Shown: piece by piece, positions 26,090 through 31,805 of the stretch
Position numbering within the stretch: the stretch's first letter is position 1
Layout of the letters: each line of letters starts with the position of its first letter
Source of the DNA: an uncultured Pseudomonadales bacterium
GTDB taxonomy: Bacteria; Pseudomonadota; Gammaproteobacteria; Pseudomonadales; Azotimanducaceae
Length of the DNA: 31,805 nucleotides
Assembly: GCA_964489485.1 (NCBI GenBank)
Contig: CAZAZB010000001.1
Location: 1-31,805, forward strand
Direction of reading: 5' to 3'
Notes under the pieces: generated by a model
The model's input: only the letters and a program-made list of their open reading frames with translations
The model's database searches: none
Told to the model about the DNA's origin: nothing
Made by a program: the position numbers and the translations under genes

Positions 26090-27139
26090 ATGCGCGACCA
26101 CATTCTTGAAGTTCAGGATCTATCCGTCGAATTCTCTACTTATGGGGGCGATGTAAAAGCCGTCCGCGGTGTTAGTTTTAGCGTCAATCGTGGTGAAACG
26201 CTCGCCATCGTTGGTGAATCAGGATGCGGTAAATCAGTCACCGTTCAGGCGATTATGGGCATCATCCCCATGCCCCCTGGCAGAATCACCGGTGGTTCTG
26301 CGAAGCTCAATGGCAAGGAAATTCTTGGTTTACCAGCCAAAGAGGCCAATAAATTTCGCGGTGTTGAAATCGGCATGATCTTCCAGGACCCAATGTCGTC
26401 GCTTAACCCCACCATGACCATTGGCGATCAAATAGCAGAGACCCTTCGCGTTCATCGGCACAAATCTGCGGCAGAGGCTTCACGACTCGCGATCGAGTTA
26501 CTGGAAAAGACACATATCCCCGAAGCTGCCAAACGGGCGAAGCAATATCCATTTGAATTCTCAGGTGGCATGTTACAGCGGGCAATGATTGCCCAAAGCC
26601 TTGCCTGCAATCCGGCGGTACTCATCGCAGACGAACCCACCACGGCGCTTGATGTAACCATTCAGGCACAGATACTGGAACTCATGGCCGAGCTACAGAG
26701 AACGGAAAATATGTCTATCATTCTCATCACTCACGATCTTGCCGTGGTCGCAAAAATGGCCGATGAAGTCGCTGTGATGTATGCCGGTCAGATTGTCGAA
26801 TCCGGGTCTGTCGAAGAGATTTTCTATAAGTCCTCCCACCCTTATACCATTGGTTTAAAGAACGCGATGCCAACCAATACTGGCGATCGGAATAAGAAAC
26901 TGATGCCAATTGTTGGTAGCCCACCGGATTTATTTTCCCCTCCAAAAGGGTGTGGATACTTCGCGCGTTGCCCCTACGCCATGCGGCTTTGCGAAGACCG
27001 TCAGCCAGAGGATTTCCTACTAGAAGGAACATCAGATCAGCCGCTTGAACATCGTGCAATGTGCTGGTTACAGCATGGTGATGCGCCAGAGATAGATGGT
27101 CTTAATCAAAACCGGTCAGGTGAAACGCATGCTGGTTAG
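26090..27139 (+). CDS. oppD: Oligopeptide ABC transporter ATP-binding protein
   Basis: GESGCGKS, FQDPMSSLNP, FSGGMLQR, IADEPTTALD, HPYT, C-terminal GCYFARCP Cys cluster. Confidence 0.95.
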   Translation: MRDHILEVQDLSVEFSTYGGDVKAVRGVSFSVNRGETLAIVGESGCGKSVTVQAIMGIIPMPPGRITGGSAKLNGKEILGLPAKEANKFRGVEIGMIFQDPMSSLNPTMTIGDQIAETLRVHRHKSAAEASRLAIELLEKTHIPEAAKRAKQYPFEFSGGMLQRAMIAQSLACNPAVLIADEPTTALDVTIQAQILELMAELQRTENMSIILITHDLAVVAKMADEVAVMYAGQIVESGSVEEIFYKSSHPYTIGLKNAMPTNTGDRNKKLMPIVGSPPDLFSPPKGCGYFARCPYAMRLCEDRQPEDFLLEGTSDQPLEHRAMCWLQHGDAPEIDGLNQNRSGETHAG

Positions 27140-28079
27140 GACAGAAAAACTAAAAAAACATTTCACCATCGGCCGTAAAGATACACTACACGCGGTCGAT
27201 GGCGTCTCACTAGGCATCGAAGAAAACGAAATATTGGGTCTTGTAGGCGAGAGTGGATCAGGGAAATCAACTTTCGGCAAGGCACTTATCGGTTTACACC
27301 CAAGAACTGCCGGTGAAGCTTACTACAAAGAAGAATTACTACCTGCCAAATTCTCTGCAGCAGATCATCTCCGTTACTCTCGTGAGCTTCAAATGATTTT
27401 CCAGGACCCCTATTCCTCACTCAACCCGAGAATGACCGTTCTGGATATTGTCGGTGAAGGGTTGCAAATCCAGGGCCAACATTCCCGTTCACAAATTCAA
27501 GAGCAGGTAGCCCAATGGCTAAGTAGGGTGGGTCTGAATGCCGATCACATGTCTCGCTACCCTCACGAATTTTCCGGTGGTCAACGACAGCGAATCGGGA
27601 TCGCCCGGGCCATGATCATCGAACCCACTTTCGTTGTTTGTGATGAGCCCATATCTGCTCTGGATGTCTCTGTTCAAGCGCAGGTCATTAATTTGCTCGA
27701 CGAACTAAAGCAGGCAATGGGACTGACACTGCTATTTATTGCACACGACCTCTCAATGGTTCGCTATGTTTCAGATCGAATGGCGGTGATGTACCTGGGA
27801 ACGGTCGTTGAAACCGGCCCTTCAGATGAAGTCTTCTTTGAGCCCAAACACCCCTATACACAGCTGCTAATTGAATCGAATCCGGAACCAGACCCAAGGC
27901 TTGAAAAAGCCAGGAGGCATATTCCTATCAGAGGTGAAATTACATCACCGGTTAATGTTCAGCCCGGTTGCCGATTCGCGGATCGCTGCCCGAAGGTGGA
28001 AGATCACTGTAAGACCACCACGCCAGTTTCAACAAAGCTAACAGACAATCATACCGTCGCCTGTCATCTGCTCACATAA
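27129..28079 (+). CDS. oppF: Oligopeptide ABC transporter ATP-binding protein
   Basis: GESGSGKS, FQDPYSSLNP, FSGGQRQRIGIARA, CDEPISALD, GCRFADRCP...VACHL. ATG 27129 preferred over 27096. Confidence 0.95.
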   Translation: MLVRTEKLKKHFTIGRKDTLHAVDGVSLGIEENEILGLVGESGSGKSTFGKALIGLHPRTAGEAYYKEELLPAKFSAADHLRYSRELQMIFQDPYSSLNPRMTVLDIVGEGLQIQGQHSRSQIQEQVAQWLSRVGLNADHMSRYPHEFSGGQRQRIGIARAMIIEPTFVVCDEPISALDVSVQAQVINLLDELKQAMGLTLLFIAHDLSMVRYVSDRMAVMYLGTVVETGPSDEVFFEPKHPYTQLLIESNPEPDPRLEKARRHIPIRGEITSPVNVQPGCRFADRCPKVEDHCKTTTPVSTKLTDNHTVACHLLT

Positions 28080-28111
28080 ACCGGTAGTCCCCGCGCGGGC
28101 TAATCCAGAAT

Positions 28112-28678
28112 CTAAAAATCTCTCAGAAAACCGCGTTTGATCTTTCCTGTTTTCTCAACCATCCGTAAAATAGATTTCTCCCGCGTGAGACCTTCAACTT
28201 CTGCCAGCGGTATCCACGCCAAATCGTGAGATTCTTCACTGACCCGATAAGTCTTGTCACCGACACAGCGAATGAGAAACCTGCAGTCATAGTGAAAATG
28301 CCCAGGTTCCGCGTCACGTTCAGGGATGGTGTGAATATCAATGTCAAAGATGTGTTCGCTGACGAGGAAAAGTTGCTTAAGCCCTGTCTCTTCCCTTGCC
28401 TCACGCATAGCAACACGAGCGACCTCATGGTCTCCATCGGCGTGGCCACCAGGTTGCAGCCATTTATCCAGCTTCGCATGATGGGTCAATAGGGTCTGCT
28501 CACTATTCTCGTCCACAACCCAGGCTGAGCCAGTGATGTGTCCTTTTAACAGTACTCTCTCAAAACAGTTTTCATTCTCTTGTACGAAATTTTCCAGCCT
28601 CGCAGACATCACGCCCTCCTCAGGAAAATGATTCTGGTACTGCTCTATGAGCGCGAGGAGATGTTGTCGTTTTGCCAT
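28112..28678 (-). CDS. NUDIX hydrolase
   Basis: Nudix box GGHADGDHEVARVAMREAREETGL; GHITGSAWV and DIDIHTIP...HYDCRF. TAATG overlap with the cobT stop. Confidence 0.92.
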   Translation of the reverse strand: MAKRQHLLALIEQYQNHFPEEGVMSARLENFVQENENCFERVLLKGHITGSAWVVDENSEQTLLTHHAKLDKWLQPGGHADGDHEVARVAMREAREETGLKQLFLVSEHIFDIDIHTIPERDAEPGHFHYDCRFLIRCVGDKTYRVSEESHDLAWIPLAEVEGLTREKSILRMVEKTGKIKRGFLRDF

Positions 28679-30540
28679 TATGCGGTAGCACGGCCTTTTT
28701 CGACCCTGCTTTCTTTGTCGAACCTAATCGCTAGGTTTGTCTTCTCATCAAACAGATCAACCAGTTGTTCTGTCATGGCATCTCCGAGTTGTTCGGCATC
28801 AGTGATCGTCACCGCCCGTCTGTAGTGGTGGGTCACGTCATGGCCGATACCGATAGCGACCAGTTCCACTTTAGAGTGGTTCTCGATCTTGTCGATTGCA
28901 AATTTGAGATGTTGCTCCAGATAATTGCTGGCATTGACAAGCAGGGTGCTATTATCGACCGGTAGCCCGTCCGATATCACCATCAATATCTTCCTGTCTT
29001 CCGGCCTGCCAACAATTCGGTTATGCGCCCAAAGCAGTGCTTCGCCGTCGATATTTTCCTTCAACAGTTCTTCTCTCATCATCAAGCCAAGATTTCGCCT
29101 GGCTCTTCTCCAGGGCATGTCAGCGGCCTTATAAATAATATGGCGCAGATCATTCAAGCGCCCTGGCTGAGCCGGTTTTCCTTGTTGTAACCAGAGCTCT
29201 CGCGACTGTCCGCCTCGCCATGCTCGCGTCGTGAACCCCAGTATTTCTACTTTGACCGTACACCTTTCAAGCGTTCGACCCAGTATGTCTGCACACATTG
29301 CTGCAATCGTGATAGACCGGCCGCGCATGGAGCCTGAACTGTCAATCAACAAGGAGACGACCGTATCACGAAAATTCATGTCCTTTTCTTGCTTGAAAGC
29401 AAGCGGGCTAAAAGGATCAGTGATGACACTCGTTAGCCTGGAGCTGTCGAGAGTTCCTTCTTCAAGATCAAACTCCCACGTTCTATTCTGCTGCGCCATG
29501 AGTTTTCGCTGCAATCGGTTTGCCAATTTACTAATGATGATCTGTGAGCTTTGAAGGTGTTTATCCAACACGCCTCTCAGCCGATCGAGTTCGACCGGCT
29601 CACACAATTCGTCTGCAAATACGATTTCATCAAAGGCCGCAGTGAAAGCCTTGTATTGATTTTCCTTGGGCCGGAGCCAATTCTTGTCTCCCATCATGTC
29701 GGGTGGAGCGCCGGCCTCATCTTCTTCTCCTTCCGCCTCTGCCATATCCATGGCGTCCATATCAACGGGTACTTCGCCTTCAACTGCATCAGCCATGTCG
29801 CCATCGGTGGACATTTCTTGTTCCGATGCCTCGTCGCCAGATTCTGACTCCATATCCTCTGGCTGTTCTTCCTGATCATCAGCTTCGCCGTCAGCGTTCT
29901 CCTCACCCCAATCGTCACCCAGGCCCAAATCTGAGATGAGTCGCCTCGCGATAAGAGAGAATTCTTCTTGATCGAAAATTGAATCACTTAAGCTATCGAG
30001 CTTACTGCCAATCCTTTCTTCAATATGTTCACGCCAGGGTTGTAAAACATTCTGTGCACTCTGAGGTACCGGGTGTCCCATAAGCTTTTCGCGGATTAAC
30101 ATGCCTACCGCATCACCGAGGGGCGCATCCTCCTGACTCGTGACCTGATCGAAGCCATGATTGATACAATGTTCTTCAAACTGCGCATGCAAATTAGCAT
30201 CCACACCTTTCATCAGGTAGGAACCAATAGAAGCAATCCTTGCCTCTTCGACCCAATCGTACACTTCCTGGGCAGTCCCAGCCTGGGGACGATTTTTCTG
30301 ATGAAACGGCTCATCATGAAAACGTGTTTGCAGAGCAAAACGGTCAGCGGTGCCACGGAGTGAGGCTAACTTTGCCTCAGACAAACCTGCTTCGGGCAGC
30401 GGAATCCTGGCCCGATTCCCTTGCAGGTACGGCTTACCCCGACCGAAACTCACAGTAAGCTCCTCATTACCGGATATCGCCCGCATAGTGGACGTGACAG
30501 CCTGTTTAAAAAGCTCTGACTCGTCTCCTGCCTCAGACAC
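28678..30540 (-). CDS. cobT: CobT-like cobaltochelatase subunit (VWA domain)
   Basis: [24 protein letters not shown], acidic linker, [49 protein letters not shown]. Confidence 0.9.
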   Translation of the reverse strand: MSEAGDESELFKQAVTSTMRAISGNEELTVSFGRGKPYLQGNRARIPLPEAGLSEAKLASLRGTADRFALQTRFHDEPFHQKNRPQAGTAQEVYDWVEEARIASIGSYLMKGVDANLHAQFEEHCINHGFDQVTSQEDAPLGDAVGMLIREKLMGHPVPQSAQNVLQPWREHIEERIGSKLDSLSDSIFDQEEFSLIARRLISDLGLGDDWGEENADGEADDQEEQPEDMESESGDEASEQEMSTDGDMADAVEGEVPVDMDAMDMAEAEGEEDEAGAPPDMMGDKNWLRPKENQYKAFTAAFDEIVFADELCEPVELDRLRGVLDKHLQSSQIIISKLANRLQRKLMAQQNRTWEFDLEEGTLDSSRLTSVITDPFSPLAFKQEKDMNFRDTVVSLLIDSSGSMRGRSITIAAMCADILGRTLERCTVKVEILGFTTRAWRGGQSRELWLQQGKPAQPGRLNDLRHIIYKAADMPWRRARRNLGLMMREELLKENIDGEALLWAHNRIVGRPEDRKILMVISDGLPVDNSTLLVNASNYLEQHLKFAIDKIENHSKVELVAIGIGHDVTHHYRRAVTITDAEQLGDAMTEQLVDLFDEKTNLAIRFDKESRVEKGRATA

Positions 30541-30595
30541 TCTATATTCCCTGAAAGCTTATATTCATGATGGATCCTGAACGTTATGCGCTGGG

Positions 30596-31576
30596 CTAGG
30601 CCAGTACTACTCTGGCGCTGGATTCCGGAAGTTCTTCGCCCATGCATCGCTGATAGTATTCTGCAACGATAGCGCGCTCCGTCTCATCGCACTTGTTCAA
30701 GAAGGTCAGCCTGAAGGCAAAACCAAAGTCACTGAATATCTTCGCATTTTCCGCCCACATAATGACGGTTCTGGGTGACATCACAATGGATATATCTCCA
30801 TTGATAAATCCTTGTCTAGTGAGATCAGCAACCGTGACCATATTGGCGACGGTACTACGATCCATATCCGGCATCTTTGCCATGACAATATCGATTTCTT
30901 TTTCGCGTTCCAGATAGTTCAATGTGCTGACAATATTCCAACGGTCCATCTGACCCTGATTGATCTGCTGAGTACCATGGTACAATCCAGTGGGATCACC
31001 CAGTCCAATCGTATTGGTGGTTGCAAACAATCTAAACGATGGGTGCGGACTGATGACCTTGCTTTGGTCCAGCAGGGTCAATTTGCCTTCGACCTCCAGA
31101 ACGCGCTGGATAACAAACATAACATCCGGGCGACCTGCGTCGTATTCATCAAAGACCAGCGCGCAGGCTCTTTGCAAGGCCCAGGGCAGCAACCCTTCTT
31201 TGAATTCAGTAATTTGTTTGCCATCTTGTAGGACAATGGCATCTTTTCCTACCAGATCGATCCTGCTGACATGGCTGTCGAGGTTGATCCGGATGCAGGG
31301 CCAGTTCAGCCTCGCCGCTACCTGCTCTATATGGGTTGACTTGCCCGTGCCGTGATAACCCTGAATCATGCATCGGCGGTTATGGGAAAATCCAGCCAGA
31401 ATCGCAAGCGTCGTCTCATGATTAAATATGTAACTTGGATCTAGCGTAGGCACATGCTCTGACGCCGTCGAAAATGCAGGCACTTTCAAGTCTACATCCA
31501 ATCCAAAGGTCTCCCTGACATCTACTTCTGTATCAGGTATCCCTGCCCCTTCTAAAGCCCCAACTTTCTCTGCCAT
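30596..31576 (-). CDS. cobS: CobS-like cobaltochelatase AAA+ subunit
   Basis: [25 protein letters not shown], Walker [61 protein letters not shown]. Confidence 0.93.
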   Translation of the reverse strand: MAEKVGALEGAGIPDTEVDVRETFGLDVDLKVPAFSTASEHVPTLDPSYIFNHETTLAILAGFSHNRRCMIQGYHGTGKSTHIEQVAARLNWPCIRINLDSHVSRIDLVGKDAIVLQDGKQITEFKEGLLPWALQRACALVFDEYDAGRPDVMFVIQRVLEVEGKLTLLDQSKVISPHPSFRLFATTNTIGLGDPTGLYHGTQQINQGQMDRWNIVSTLNYLEREKEIDIVMAKMPDMDRSTVANMVTVADLTRQGFINGDISIVMSPRTVIMWAENAKIFSDFGFAFRLTFLNKCDETERAIVAEYYQRCMGEELPESSARVVLA

Positions 31577-31805
31577 TACTGCAACACCTTAAATCAATTC
31601 AAATCAGCTTCTTTGACCCGACTACCGCAACAAGAATCCAGCCAGCTAACCTGATCGAGTATCGGATACGGCTCGATTGAGTTCAGCGGGTACTGATTTT
31701 TATGTGACAGAACGGGACGCAAAGAATAGCGTTTATAGGAATAAAATGCCATTGCCAGCCTTTCTCTCTGCCTCGCTAACGTTTCTTGCTGCCAACGTCT
31801 CTCTT

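Noticed and set aside
28678-31576. Evidence of cobalamin biosynthesis
   Set aside because: cobS/cobT alone are insufficient; no cobN or other corrin genes are visible.
31577-31805. 3' end of another gene at the window edge
   Set aside because: Only short open stretches on the minus strand with no recognisable motif; cannot be called.
1-31805. Mobile element or horizontally acquired island boundaries
   Set aside because: No transposase, integrase, tRNA or terminal repeats, and no obvious compositional break by eye.

Overview
A 31.8 kb chromosomal segment with roughly balanced GC. Gene content suggests a free-living, probably marine Gammaproteobacterium (inference only). No rRNA, tRNA, CRISPR array, transposase or integrase was seen. 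In order, the window holds: the 3' part of a PdsS-like HAMP histidine kinase; a conserved hypothetical gene divergent from sahR-ahcY, with two SahR-type palindromes and a 5 x 24 bp hairpin array in front of ahcY; tesB; a PrdB/GrdB-like gene split by an in-frame TGA in a UxxC motif with a SECIS-like hairpin (likely selenoprotein); a CoxD/CoxE-like MoxR-VWA pair; a FecI-like ECF sigma facing a stand-alone FecR N-terminal domain; a TonB-dependent receptor followed by five cytoplasmic modifying enzymes (TPR-2OG oxygenase, 2OG oxygenase, TPR-sulfotransferase, TPR-Asp/Asn beta-hydroxylase, methyltransferase); a small exported Cys/Ser-rich protein; an oppABCDF operon whose OppC carries an FN3-like insertion; and cobS-cobT-NUDIX on the minus strand. 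The most interesting signals are the hidden selenoprotein, the TBDR-linked hydroxylation/sulfation/methylation cluster, and the membrane-uncoupled sigma/anti-sigma pair. All family assignments come from motif recognition by eye; no searches were run.
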